The position numbers and the translations under genes are program-made. A stretch of DNA of 64,000 nucleotides from Negaprion brevirostris (taxonomy: Eukaryota): positions 73,012,432 through 73,076,431 of the forward strand of contig JARDVH010000132.1 in NCBI GenBank assembly GCA_030324005.1. Reading direction: 5' to 3'. Under the pieces are notes generated by a model, which saw only the letters and a list, made by a program, of their open reading frames with translations, was not told the DNA's origin and did no database searches. Numbering within the stretch: position 1 is the stretch's first letter; every line of letters begins with the position of its first letter. Positions 25,856 to 39,262 of this stretch are shown here, piece by piece.

Positions 25856-26559
25856 CTGTGCCAGTTTTCAGTTCAAAAGATTTTAATGTTATAAGACTTG
25901 TTCAGTGTTGCCCAAGTCTTTAATGACAGTAAATTTGTTTAATTTGTAGCTGTTAAGAGATGGTAATAGCTCAGCAAACAAAGAATTGTCTTTTTGTTTC
26001 AACAAGTCAGACTGGGAAAGAAAAGATCCACATCTTATGAAATACATCTGATCAGTAGTAGGGCCATCTAAAATAACATTTATACAGGCTTTTCAAAATA
26101 TATTGGAATACCACGATAGAATTTTTTTTCTTGAAACTGATTTGTAATAATTGAAAATTGCAATTGGTGTTCTTTTTGTGTTTATTGTTGATTTAGAACT
26201 ATATCACACTGTTAGCAGAGGAATTCTATGTGCCTCTTGTGAACAGAGCATTGCCGTAATGTAATATGTCCTGATTTTGACCTTTAATGTTCTGCAGAAA
26301 TGTGGGCATGAATTTTGAACAACTATGGAAGCTTAATTTTAATGGGAGTTTTGTATCAATGTTCCTAATATTTCCTAGTGGTTGAACTGTACACACCCAT
26401 GAACAGTAGCTCCCTTATGACAAAGTGAAACTTAACAGGCCACTTAAACCAAAACTAAGGCAGTAAATTTTCTTTCCTTTTTAATTTTGGTCACCTTATT
26501 TTAAAGGCTTTGTGGTACGAGTTATGACACTGCTATGGTTTGAGATATGGAAACATTTC

Positions 26560-26900
26560 TGTGGGAATCCAACAACTTAAATACTTCAGGAGGAAGCAAA
26601 GGAGTGACGCACTGAGAAGGGGGGGTGCATAAAAGGAGGACTTGTTTACTTTTTATGACATAACAACCACAAGTGATTTTACTTATCTGGATTTGTCTGA
26701 AGGGGCTCATGGAGGCAGCGCTCAAGTAACCATTGATGCAGTGACAGGTGTTCTGTTATCTGAACTGCCATCAAAGCCCTCCACAAGCATGCCACTGCCA
26801 GTGGTTGTGAAAGATTGCCTGTGTTTTTTCACATTAGTTTCAATTAACTATATAACGCATCATACAATAGGCTGTGCTGCCCTATGATATTTTGCCTGTA
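26560..26900 (+). pseudogene. PIF/Harbinger transposase N-terminal fragment
   Basis: SDFTYLDLSE..VTIDAVT..MPLPVVVK..FF parallels LPVAVK..LNFY of the 29.6 kb copy and MPVALKVTAAL of the 42.4 kb copy. Confidence 0.5.
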
Positions 26901-27109
26901 CTCCTCCACATTGGATTTTCTCTAAGATTCAGCATTAGAATCTTACCCCCACCACACCACCATTCCATAAGGCTTTCGTGAATGGATGCATCTGTGACAG
27001 ATGGTGAGGATGAGGTCAAGTTAATTTTCTTTGGTGTTGAATCTCTTGCCTCCAGCTGCAGTCCACTCTAGGAACTGTGCCCTTTTTAGTTATTGATTCA
27101 TATCCATGT

Positions 27110-28956
27110 AGAGCATGACACTTAAGCACGTATCAAGTAGTTTTAAATATGGGAGGGATTTCCTCTCATAGTATTCCAGACTCCTACCACTCACCCTCTG
27201 CATAAAAAGATTTTCCTTGAATTTTGTCTCTGCCAGATGAAAAAGGAAACAGTTTTTTGCTTTCCACTATATCTGGGTCCTCAATTTTATGCATCACAAT
27301 TATATCTCTCAGTTGCCTGTCTGCTAATAAAAATAACCCCACACTATCAAGTATTTCCTCGTGTCTGAAATTCTCCATCTGTGACCACATACTTTACATC
27401 TCCTATGTGTCCTCTTGTGTATGTAAACAACCTATAAAATTAGGACATTATTATAGCACCAACCTAGTTTTGTACAGCTGTTGAATTATGTCCCTGCTCT
27501 TAATTTGCCACACCTCAGTTAATAAGGTATTCCATCTGCCTTTTTAACTACCTTATAGAACATAGAACATTACAGCGCAGAACAGGCCCTTCGGCCCACG
27601 ATGTTGCGCCAACCAGTTACAAAAACAGTGANNNNNNNNNNNNNNNNNNNNNNNNNNNNNNNNNNNNNNNNNNNNNNNNNNNNNNNNNNNNNNNNNNNNN
27701 NNNNNNNNNNNNNNNNNNNNNNNNNNNNNNNNNNNNNNNNNNNNNNNNNNNNNNNNNNNNNNNNNNNNNNNNNNNNNTATATCTTGACCAAAGTGCTTGA
27801 GTCAAATTGTAAATCCTTCCAACACATACCGATGACAAGTGGTAAGAGCATGAGATTCCTGGTCACCGATGCTATGGAGTCTCTAGCATCACTTTCCATA
27901 GCACCAGACTACAATATGTATGTAACGGTACATATTGCCACAGCAACCCAGACTCCCTAGTGGCAGGTTGTCCCAGTTAGCTGGTCAGTCAGGGTGGATC
28001 AGATTGGCACAGGGTTCAATCCCTATTCTGGTTGGAGTGAATTTGAGACCTGCCTTCTTATCCTACCTGCAGTGGAGCTTGCAGCTTTGTGGGTCGGACC
28101 TGCTTTCGGACAGGGAGCTGATATTAGACATGTTTCAATTTTTGGTATAGTCAGCAAACTTCTTCATCACACCACATCTGCATCTAAAATATGGATACTT
28201 GCTGTAAGAAGCGAGAAGCATAATACTGAGCCTATGAAAGCCCACTGAAAATAGCCTTCCAGTCACCAAAACAATACATTGACTANNNNNNNNNNNNNNN
28301 NNNNNNNNNNNNNNNNNNNNNNNNNNNNNNNNNNNNNNNNNNNNNNNNNNNNNNNNNNNNNNNNNNNNNNNNNNNNNNNNNNNNNCCCTTTACCTATACT
28401 CCATGGACTCTTGTGTTTCTGACAAGTATACATTGCGGAACAGAGGCTTTGTTAAAATCCATGCAGACGACATCAAATACGGCACTGTCGTTCACGCTCT
28501 TTGTTACCTGTTCAAAATTCAATCATGTTAGCTACAGTCTTCCTTGAGCAAATCCATGCTGACTGTTCACCTGAAGTTATCCATACAGTCCCTCAATTTC
28601 TTTTTCCAACAATTTGCACACTACTGAGGTTTGGATAACAAACCTGTAATTGCTCATTTTATCCTTGCCTCATTAATTAATGGTATAATGCTAGCAGTCC
28701 TCCAGTCCTGTGTAACCAAGCCTGTATTCAGAGAGAATTGGAAAATGATAGTTAATAGTTTTCTTATTTCCTCTCTTGCTTCTCTTAGCAACCATGGATA
28801 GATGTCACCTGGGCCTAGTAACTTATTCATTTTTAATTAAGTTGCTGAACACCTTAATATTCTTCTTCTCACTATGTTTATTCCATCCAAATTTCTCACT
28901 CCTCTTTAATCACCATGTCTGCATCATCACCCACTTTTATGAAGATTGATGCAAAT
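27110..28956 (-). mobile_element. Old CR1-like LINE (3' and RT part) with nested insertions
   Basis: Reverse-strand RT remnants (AAATCCATGCAGAC, CAAATCCATGCTGACT, CAGTCCTCCAGTCC, CACCTGGGCCT) in collinear order. Confidence 0.65.
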
Positions 28957-29371
28957 GCCCAGATTTATGCAATGATGAATGGACACCTTTGTGAAAATAA
29001 CAGAACTGCTCAAAAATACAAGTCCTGTCTCTGAAGATGGCATTTTCCATTTTCACGGGGTTTGTTTCTCACATGTGCATCCTACAGAGGCAGCTGCATC
29101 CACTCTAGTTGGTATTTGGTAGCCTTGCACTGTGGATTCCAAAGAATGCAACATTGACTTGGTAAAAGCAGGTTTGGAAAGCCAAGGTACCCCTTTGGCA
29201 AGGTAGGGTATCCCTGTGGAATTTGCCTTAAAAAATTATTTACAGTCCCAGAAGTGGCATAGAACCCAAGATAGTAGTAGTCCTGGTGTCATAAGGCAAT
29301 CATTTTTGCCCCTACTGACTATTGTACACCAGGTGTCTGGAAGAACTTTATGCTGGTGTAGGAACATTAAA

Positions 29372-30400
29372 GATGGGCATGGCACCTTCGCTCATGGAGG
29401 CAATAGAAGCCAGTCGCTGTGTACAGCTGAAGGTCAGAGGGAAGGAGGGAGGGAAGAAGGTCAGGAGGAAGAAGCTGTTTTCAGTGCATCAGGAAGGAGG
29501 AGGGTGAGAAGCAGGACAAGCAAGTGCTACCGTGTGGAAATTGTGTACAGACCTAGGACATCAGACCTCAATATGATATTGAGCCAGTGCTGAAGGTAGC
29601 TGAGGCTAAGCTGTGAGGTGGTGAACGTTATATATATCACACGGTCCAGCACCACAATCCATCAACTTCCATGCCCTGCCAGTAGCTGTGAAGTAAATAG
29701 TTGTTCTTAACTTTTATGTCTCAGGTTCTTTCCAGGACTCACCAGCAGACCTGTCTGGTGCATCCCAGTCAACAGCACTGCACTGTGTTAAGACTGTGAC
29801 TAAAACCTTGTTTGCTTGTGTGGGGTGATCACAGTTTCCCTATAGATTTGGCAGCTGAGATGTAAAGAGCCACAGCCTCTGCCCAATTAGCAGGCCTCCC
29901 TCAGGTGCACAGTGTTATTAATTGCACAATTGTCGCCATAAAGGCACCAACTCATAATTCAAGCATTTTTGTTCACTGAAAATCCCTCCACTCAATCAGT
30001 GCACATGTGGTTTGTGACCAAACAGGTCTTACTTCATCTGTGTAAGGTTTCCTGGCAGCTGTCATGACTCTATCATACTGTAGGGTTTACAACCCCCTCG
30101 GTTATTTCAGTGCTAATGTTGATCTGTGATTAGCTTCTAGAGGACAAGGACTACCCTATAAGAACTTGGATAAAGACCATCCTTAGGATCCCTCAAACTG
30201 AGGCAGATTACAACTACAACCGCAGCCCTAACATCAGCAGAAATACTATTGAGGAGGCAGCTGTTCTAATGATGTGCTTCAGATGCCTCAATTACTCAGG
30301 TGGAGCTTTCGAATAAAGGGTATCAGGAACATCAACGGTGTACTGCATGCTGCAGAACGTTGTGCAGTGGAGAGACATACAAATCAACGATGATGATGAT
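29372..30400 (+). pseudogene. Harbinger (HARBI1-like) DDE transposase remnant
   Basis: VYRPRTSDLNM, LPVAVK*IVVLNFYVSGSFQ, AGLPQVHSVINCTIVAIKAP, RFPGSCHDSIIL, LLEDKDYP, FRCLNYSGG, CMLQN; multiple stops and frameshifts. Confidence 0.85.
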
Positions 30401-30402
30401 GC

Positions 30403-30718
30403 CATGATGTGGGTATGCCGGCGTTGGACTGGGGTAAACACAATAAAAAGTCTGACAACACCAGGTTTTAGTCCAACCGATNNNNNNNNNNNNNNNNNNN
30501 NNNNNNNNNNNNNNNNNNNNNNNNNNNNNNNNNNNNNNNNNNNNNNNNNNNNNNNNNNNNNNNNNNNNNNNNNNNNNNNNNTGTGCTTTATATGCTCTGT
30601 CTGAGGCCAGAACTCTCCATTCACCTGACAAAGGGACTAACCCCGAAAGCTTGTGAGTTTATTATCAAATAAATCGGTTGGACAAAAACCTGGTGTTGTC
30701 AGACTTTTTACGATGGTG
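30403..30718. mobile_element. Fold-back Penelope-like terminal element inserted in the Harbinger transposase 3' end
   Basis: AAAAGTCTGACAACACCAGGTTTTAGTCCAACCGAT inverted at 30673-30710; same family as 46670, 55618, 57051, 62481, 63601. Confidence 0.75.
30621..30656 (+). ncRNA. Minimal type I hammerhead ribozyme motif (G8A, probably inactive)
   Basis: TCAC-CTGACAA-A-GGG-ACTAAC-CCC-GAAA-GC-TT-GTGA: stem I TCAC/GTGA, stem II GGG/CCC, palindromic AGCT stem III. Confidence 0.65.
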
Positions 30719-33484
30719 CCATGGACAGAGCTCCAACCTCTGAGGAGATGGAAATTGATGGGGAGGAAAAGTCCTTGTCCATTTGAAAGAATCCAAAATG
30801 GATGAAGATGAAGAGGCCACCTCTGACAGCTGCTAGGAGACATAGCCAGGGCTGACTGTGTAGTTGGGGATCATTGCAAAAGGGGTCCTTGTGCAAAATA
30901 GATTCTCATAATGTCCAACAGCTAGTCTCCATTGACACACCTTCATCCAAATTATGTTGTACACTGACCCCACAATTACTCCAGGCACTGCCCTCCTCTC
31001 ACAAGGGAAAGAATAAACATCAATGAGTTTGACTCAGTCATATTCTTATGGTTGAAACCCTCACCACCGTAACTGGGGAACTCATTATATTGCAGACATA
31101 CATGATAATACATCATGACCTGGCCTCTTCATATGAATGCCAGTGACTATAAACCAAGGGCCCATGACACCAATTTGTTCATAATCAAACCATGTCCATG
31201 ATGCTGAGGGTGACACCATATCAAACTCCAAACATGATACATGCTGATAGGATTGTATGTATTGTGGCATACGTGCAGATAAGGCACCTTGTACATGAGT
31301 CGAAAACTATAAAATTCATTCCAGCCAATGGTTCAGTTTCTGACATGGGGGTGACATGCAAAATCCCTGGCTTCAAAAACATATCTGGGGACACCTGGAA
31401 TGCAAATGCAGCAACAATAATGAGCACAGCAGATGATGAATATTAGGTTGCTACGTGGCCTTTTGAGCTGCGATGCCTATCTAGGCTCATGTATAACACC
31501 GAAGTGCAGAGGAGTGCCTTGCTCCCACTGCTCATACTTCAAATGCACCTCCTGCCCAGCATTGCCTCATAGAGCCAGATCATTGCTTGAATAGACAATG
31601 AAAGATACAAGGTGCCTCTAGGTGCTCGAGTTTTAGATCTCTGGAATTATAAGTGATTGACCAGAGAAGGAAGAAGCCCTCCAAAGCAGCACATTATCCA
31701 AAAGCCCTGATCCTCTTGATGGTAAATCAAGATGGACCTCAGCATGCTGCTCTCCTTATTAATGGTAAAAACTTCCTTCATAATTTTTTCATTCTTTTTG
31801 GGCTATCTAAGATACAATCACACACCAAGTTATGTACTAGTATAAGTAAATATATTAAAGAAGTGCTCAGATATGCTTTTTACAATGTGAAAAGTGTAAC
31901 CTCTGAACCCATCAGTGGTCTTGGAGAGATGGCACCTCCATTTTCACACTCCTATAAAGTGCTTCATGTGTTGCTTTGGAGGAGGTGGAAGTAGGTTGCT
32001 CACTTTCCTTTCTAAATGGCAATGAGGAGTGTGCTGCTTCCTCGTACAGGCACGTATTGGAGATCTCTTTCAGACTTTGGCTTCTGCATTTCTGCATGGC
32101 AGTCGTGATCATTGGCACATGTGTAGCAGATAAAAGCTCTGGTGGAGGAGCTGGGGAGGTAGAGGAAGATGAGAGTGCTGAGAAGCGCTCAGTAACTTCA
32201 CCCTCCTCAGCAACTTGCAAAGCCCTGAGTTGGCTTTCAGGTGGGGTTGATGGGATTGACTGTTGTGTGTCGCAGTTGTCCATTTCAACAACTGCTGGGT
32301 TAATAATGTGGTCATCCTGTTTGGATGACACAGTTCCTCAAGTATTCCAAGGATGTCAGTGCTCATACTCTGAGCAGACTGATCCAGGATACAAAGGGAG
32401 GTGTGAACCCTTTCCGGGCCAAGACACTGCTCTGGCATCCATTAAAGTACTGCTGTTGGTGTCTCTCATGAGACTGGCAAGTCTTTCGCATTCAGAGTTC
32501 ATGTGGTTTAGTGCTGAAACAATGCAGATGGTGATGGATTCCTTTGTTCATACCCACTGCTTCAGGAAACTATGCTAGGTGTTCACACATCTGTTGCTGT
32601 ATGTTCAGATACCATGTCCCAAAAAATGACTCCTGAAGCCCACAGGCATACTGTGCAAAAATATCTGACTCTGAGCCCTCCCCCTACACCCCAGTGCCAA
32701 AAACTCTACATGTATTGTGGGGATTCTATGATCTGTTTGCCTTCTTGATGGGCAAGGGAAAATCTGGCCTGGGATGCGGGATCGTGAGAGAGAAACGCTG
32801 GACTCCGTGTGTGAGACACAAAAAGGATTATTTGTCAAGCATGCCACTGCCTTTAACCACGCTGGCATTGTCTGTATAACACAACCACTTCGTTGTACTC
32901 CTTCTCATGCTAAATTCCCCTATGCTCGGTGAATTCACATCATGACCTCCACCATTAGCATCTTGTTCCAAAATGAGTTTAACACTGCCTTCCTCACCTG
33001 CTATCCTGATTCACCATCACCAACTGGCCACTGTTCCAGCTGGCTGGCAATCTCCATGGGCATCTGCTGCATGGATGGATGTTTCTCAGCCAGGCTGACT
33101 CAGCCCCAGTCCATGCCACCTCCATGGCGCTTTTCACCCTTTTGGTCGGTCATGACAACATGAATTAATATATGCTNNNNNNNNNNNNNNNNNNNNNNNN
33201 NNNNNNNNNNNNNNNNNNNNNNNNNNNNNNNNNNNNNNNNNNNNNNNNNNNNNNNNNNNNNNNNNNNNNNNNNNNNGGTCATGACAACATGAATTAATAT
33301 ATGCTGATATATAGGAGGGGTATATGTGGAAGAATATTGCTTTTCAATGTCTCTGTACATCAACACTCTGTGTGCACCTACATGAGCAGCTTACGCATAT
33401 AAACTTCAGTGCCTAAGAGCTATGTGCCAGGTCTCAGATTCAGCAGGTTGACATGACTGTGTGTGATTGAGCCAAGGTACTCAC

Positions 33485-33738
33485 CTTGCCAGAACCTAGA
33501 AAATCATTGAACCTCTTCCTGCACTGAATCTGTGAGCGCTGATGGTTTCCTGCTGAGGTGACCGCAGCCGCAATTTGAATCCGAGCCTTCTTGGTTACTG
33601 TAGGGACATTAGGACAGCCAGCAGGATACTGGACTGATCTCTTCTTCTGGATCTCTTCTGTCAAAATCTGTAGGTCTTGATCAGTAAAGCATGGGGAGTT
33701 CGACCCAGCCCTTCATCCTGGCCTTCTCTGTGTGACAT
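33485..33738 (-). pseudogene. Harbinger Myb/SANT-like DNA-binding protein, first exon (frameshifted)
   Basis: PCFTDQDLQILTEEIQKKRSVQYP..IAAAVTSAGNHQRSQIQCRKRFNDFLGSGK followed by donor AAG|GTGAGT; ATG at 33738 out of frame. Low-complexity minus ORF 31912-32331 may be a later exon. Confidence 0.8.
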
Positions 33739-35129
33739 TCTATCAACAAAATTGTAAGGTAAAAAGGGTCATGAGCCGTTCAGATTATAATATTCTCATT
33801 CATTTTTGAGAATATGTTTACATGCGCTAGCCGTGTTCAATATATCGTCTCTGATTACTGGTAAATTGTGCTGGAGAGAATGGCTCTGCGGAAATGCTTG
33901 GTGCCATGCGTGTTGCAACTGTGACACTAAAGTAACGTGCTGTGGTCTGCGACTGTTGACAGTCCTATTGGTTTCCTCCTTTAGTCTTATTGTTATGCTG
34001 TGACCGAATGCAGCCAGGACGGCCCTGGCCAAAGGCCAACAGTGTGGTGGCACATCCTAACAGATGTGTGGCAAAAGTGCAGGTGGATGAGATAATGACC
34101 ATGGGACTGTTCATCTGCCATCCACTGAGTCTTGGCAGATAATTATGCAAGTGCATAATATCTGCCAGTTTTTGATGGTAGGACAATGCCATCTCTATGG
34201 TTGTGCCTTGTAAATCCATTCCATTCTTTCAATGGTTCAGTAGGTTACACTTTGATTAGGTAGCAACAATGACAATTCAATAGAAATGCCCATGATAGGC
34301 CATCTGTTCTGGGGTCAGCGAACAGTTGGACAATGTTTACAGCTTTGACACTCAACTGACAAGTCAATAAGTCAACGACATCCCCTTTGAAGCGCATGGG
34401 ACTTCACCTTTGATGACCTATTGTTCAAATGGCCTTTCTGAAAGTTCCCTTTTTATCAACACCTGAGTCACCCAACCTGCACCAAACCCATCTCCAAGCC
34501 CTCATTATTTCTGGAGTCGGCCACTCCAACTCCTATTCTAACCCGACCTCCCCAGTCCGAAAATCAGAAGTTCAGTGGCCATTTTTAAAGGTCAAGTACA
34601 TGGAGCTGGGAATTCTCCCATCTCTGCACAGACAAACAAAAATCTGGCCAAAATATTAATTCGGTACCAAGCTCAAGTCTTCTGTTTCCAGACTCAAGTA
34701 TTTTTTCAGTGTCTAATTGGCCCTACTCTTGTGCACTTAATGAATTTATAAAGTATCTTGGGTTTTTTCTGGACTTTCTTACCATTTTTTTCATGCATCC
34801 TTTTTGCTTTTCAATTGTTTTAGTTTCATCTCAGCACTCTCTATACCCCTTTAGACTTCATACACTAATACAAGCTCAGTTTTCAAGATCTTCTTTTGTT
34901 GCCTTCTCCAATCTGTCAGGCCTTTGACATCGAGGGAAGTCAAGATTTGGGAGTTCCACACTACTTTGAGGGAATGTGTTTGTTCAGAAATCTCTCTATC
35001 TCCTCCTTGAAAGTTTACTTTTGACAAATCAAGTATTTGTTTAATTCCAGGCTTACTCCACCAATTGAATTTATATGTTACAATGTCTATTTACATAACC
35101 ATGATGCCACACATTCTTACTGATACGTT

Positions 35130-35408
35130 AAAGTGTGTTCATTAGTCACAAGTAAGGCTTACATTAACAGTACTGAAGTTACTATGAAATTCCCCTAGGC
35201 GCCACGCTCTAGCGCCTGTTCTGGTCAATGCACCTAACCAGCATATCTTTCAGACTATGGGAGGAAACTGGAATACCTGGAGGAAACTCGCACAGACACT
35301 GGGAGAGCGTGCAAACTCCACATAGGCAGGAATCCAAGCTGGGAATTGTACCCGGGTCCCTGGTGCTGTGAGGCAGCAGCGCTAACCACTATGCTACTGT
35401 GCCACCCT
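35130..35408 (-). mobile_element. HE1-like SINE (tail type A)
   Basis: Reverse complement of the family head and tail. Confidence 0.85.
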
Positions 35409-35744
35409 ATAAGATAGAATTGGGCTTGAACATGATAACTCTTAAAATATCTGGTAAAACAAGGTATTAAAACAGTATAGATCACTTCTCATTGATGAAG
35501 TACTAGAGGAAATTTGTGGAACTGTTATAACTTCAGCATGACCATTGCCTGAGGAAGGAGTGAAGTGGCTGAAAAAACTCATTGCTGGTGGAACTGGAAA
35601 TAATTGCATCTTTTGGTGACAAGAAGCATTGCTAACCACCAGGGTTTGTGATCTTTTTCATATACGCTAGCAACAAATAAGGTGCCCTATGGTTTACTGT
35701 CAAATGCTGCTGAGCATTATATGAATTTTACAATAAGTACTCGT

Positions 35745-36072
35745 AGAATCATGGAATCCTTACAATGCAGAAGGAAGTCATTCAGCTCATCAAGTCTGCG
35801 CCAACAACTATTCCACCCAGGCCCCATCCCTGTAACCCCACATATTTACCTTAATAATCCCCCTGACACTAAGGGGCAATTTAACACGGTCGATCAACCT
35901 AAACCACATATTTTGGAAGTGTGGGAGGAAACCGGAGCATCCGGAGGAAACCCACGCAGACATAGGGAGAATATACAAACTCTGCACAGACAGATACCTG
36001 AGGCTGGAATTGAACCTGGGTCCCTGACGCTGTAAGGCAGCAGTGCCAACCACTATGCCACCATGGTGGCCC
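35745..36072 (-). mobile_element. HE1-like SINE (tail type B, CR1-like tail)
   Basis: AGAATCATGGAATCC tail, GGAGGAAACCCACGCAGAC, GAATTGAACCTGGGTCCCTG. Confidence 0.85.
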
Positions 36073-36988
36073 ATAATAGGTTCCTGAATTTAGAATTGGT
36101 CCCAAGTTTTCTATCAAAGTACTGCTCATATTTGCCTTGTTATTCATGATTAAGATAGCTTTTTAACTTTACGCTGTGGACAGCCAGGTTTGCCTTGATT
36201 GGTAACCCTTGTTTTGTTTCATCCATAATGTGTGACTAGTCCTTTTACAGCAGCATGTCTGGAGCTATTTTCACTCCTTGTGGAACTATTCGATTTCAAT
36301 GTGTTGACTTCAAGATCCTACTTTATAAACCCTCCCTGACTTCTTATCACTCTATCCAAGAGATGTCCTGTTGTATTTTCCAGTCCCAACCACTCCTCTG
36401 ATGACGCTGCATTAATATTTGTCCCCCATTTGGAAGCTTTTCCTTTATTCATTGCTACTGTATTTTTTAGAAATCTTCCAAAACTATTTTTCTGTCAAGT
36501 TAAACCCATCGTTTCAACAGCGTTTATATTTTCCTTCCCTCTTCCATCTTTCCCACCTGCCAGTGCTTGCTGTAGTCCACTTCTTCTTGCCCACAAGCTC
36601 TGATGTTATCCCACAGGCAGTGTTGTACAAATTAATATTTTTAATTGTTTGCCATCTTCTATATTACATTCTATAGATTTTTTTTCAAGTAGTATACACT
36701 CCAATTTTTAGTGCATCAATGGTCGGAGACATATTATTCATAGCAGGTTTCCTGAACCTACATGTTCGTTCATTTTGACGGAATGCAAATTACTAAATTT
36801 TCCAACAGGGAGACTATTGAATGAGTGTACCGAAGCAATGAGCTCATGCTAATGCATTTAAGGATTGACTTTTGATAACACAGACTGGAAATGTTATTGC
36901 AATGAATTTGCTTCATCCTCTGGTGTTTCCTTTAACATCTTCCGGAGATGGATCAAAGTTACTCTACTCATCATAGAAGATAAATATT

Positions 36989-37265
36989 TCATGGAATCCC
37001 TGTAGTGCAGAAGGACTGTATTCATTTGACCCATCGAGCCTGCACTGACAACTATCCCACCCAGGTCCTATCCCCGTAACCCCACATATTTACCTGTTAG
37101 ACCCTCTGACACAAAGAGGCAATTTAGCATGGCGAGTCAACCTAATCTGCACATCTTTGGAGTGTGAGAGGAAACCGGAGTGCCCGGACGAAACCCATAC
37201 AAACATGGTAGAATGTGCAAACTCCACATAGTCAGCCTGCTAACCACTGCTCCACTCTGTCGCCC
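36989..37265 (-). mobile_element. HE1-like SINE (tail type B), internal deletion
   Basis: Collinear with 35745-36072 but lacking the B-box segment. Confidence 0.8.
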
Positions 37266-37739
37266 ATGCATTTGTTGTTAATTCATGACATCCACACTTG
37301 CAGCAACATGCATCCTCAATATCCTGCTTTCAGTCTTTTTTTACACCATGTGGGTGGTCTAATCAGAATTTATTTTAAACAAAGGTCTATTATTCCTGCT
37401 TCACCTTATGCACTTAAGAAATAAACAATAGTAATATCTCCAGAAACAAATGTAGACTGCTAACATTTATCAGAAACCTAATATAATATGTCATGTGCTA
37501 ATATAATATGTCATGATTCATTAATGCTCGTTAAGGAAGGAAATCTGTTATCTTTACCCAGTTTGGCCTATATATGACTCTCAACTAAAGCAATGTAGTT
37601 GACCGCTTCCTGAAGTGGCTGGACAACCCGTTCTGTTGTATGAAACGACTACAAAAATTCCAGTTCCGTTACAACTTTAGTACCCAGCCAATAAAGTGGA
37701 AAATTGTCCTGTTCACAAAAAGCAGAACGAATAACATCT

Positions 37740-38660
37740 GAACAATTGCTATCCCATCTATCACCAGTGTGATGGACGGTAATCATTGGCATTGCTATCA
37801 CAGCAATCATCTGCTCACTGATGCTCAGTTTAGGTTCCACATGCTCACTCAGCTCCAGACCACATTATATATAGCCTTGGTCCAAATACAAAATAAAAAA
37901 CCTGAATTCGAGCCATGCAATGAGAGTAATGCCCTTGACATCAAGACAACCTCCGACTAAGTGTGGCACCCAAGAGCCTGAGTGAGATTAAAGTCAATGA
38001 AAATCTGGAATCATAGCTATAAGTTACAGTTATTGGAGGCCAATAATTTCCAGCAAAGAGTATTGTTACAGGAGTTCTTTAAGGCTTTGTCTGAGGCCCA
38101 GCCGTCTTTAGCTACTTCATCAATGGCCTCCATTATTAGCATTTTTATTGATGATTGCAGTGTTCAGTTCCAATCACAATTCCTCAGATTGGAAAGCTGA
38201 GTAAAGCAGTCTGTGCCAGCATTGCAGCAAAGCCTGGACAAAATTCAAGTTTTAACTCATAGGTAGCAATTAATATTCATAGATACTAAGCAGTAACCAT
38301 TTCCAACAAGAGGGCATCTAATCACTTTCCTTGACATTCAACAGTATTAGCATCACTAAACTCCCCACCATCAACATCTCGCGGGTTACCATGACCTAGA
38401 AATATGCCTGGACCAGCAATATAATTAATGTGACCAGTGAAGGTCAGGGAATGGGAATTCTGTCATGAACAACTCCCCTCCTAACTTCTATTAGCGTGTT
38501 CACCATCTACAAGGCACAAGTTAGAAGTGACAAAATTCTTTCCACTTGCCTGAATGAATACAGCTCCAATAATAATCAAGAAGCTTGACACCATCCAGAT
38601 AAAGTATCCTCTTCATCAGCACCCCATACCCTACCATTCACTCCCTCCAACTTTAGTGCA
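37740..38660 (+). mobile_element. Decayed CR1/L2-group LINE RT fragment
   Basis: HLLTDAQFRFH, ALDIKTTSD, SIFIDDCSV resemble RT motifs (QFGF, ALDIKAAFD, FADD). Confidence 0.7.
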
Positions 38661-39262
38661 ATGTAACTTATAGGAAACTAATGCAGACCTGTTACTCTAA
38701 GTTGGACAGATGGCAACTCACATAATTTATGCTGAAAAAAATATCTATGTTCTGGGCAGTTCACCAAATAGCATGTATATCAGAAACCATGGAGAAAAAA
38801 TTGTAGTTTAATTGCCCCTTGCTCAGCTGGATGTTTTGTTTCTAATATGCAACGAGATTATAATTATGCCAAATACTCAGTACAAATGGTTTGCAGTTTA
38901 TTCTCCATTCATAATTTTTATGAAACATCTTTTGATGATTAATTTTGGAGTTTGGTCAAGGACTCNNNNNNNNNNNNNNNNNNNNNNNNNNNNNNNNNNN
39001 NTCACCTGACTCTGTCTTGCTGTCTATTTTAAAGGAGATGATTAGATTCACTGCATAAGCCATTTAAAATGAGTCCAAAGAACATTTCAAACTCTCATTA
39101 TAAAATACATCTGCTATTTATCGACTCAGCAAGTAGTCTATCAGAAATGATGAGACCTCACCAGTAGTTTAAGAGCAATGTCAGGCCTTAGGGAGAGCAC
39201 GGAAGAAATTTGCTAGAATGGCATCAGAGATGCCACTTATGTGCATCAGCTGAAGAAGATGG

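Larger units (their letters stand above)
28957..34649. mobile_element. Near full-length decayed two-gene PIF/Harbinger DNA transposon (~5.7 kb)
   Basis: Candidate TIRs GCCCAGATTT (28957) and AAATCTGGCC (34640-34649), 9/10 inverted match; convergent transposase and Myb/SANT remnants; CR1-like sequence on both flanks. Confidence 0.7.
34650..36650 (-). mobile_element. Continuation of the CR1-like LINE (5' part), interrupted by SINEs
   Basis: GATGCAAA before the Harbinger joins AATATTAATTCGGTACC after it as in CR1 reverse strand; heavily decayed. Confidence 0.45.

Noticed and set aside
31976-32578. 200-aa plus-strand ORF
   Set aside because: No recognisable domain; lies antisense to the probable low-complexity exon of the Harbinger Myb gene.
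33147-33306. 30-bp direct repeat flanking an N run
   Set aside because: Identical sequence on both sides of an exactly 100-N gap indicates contig overlap, not a TSD or array.
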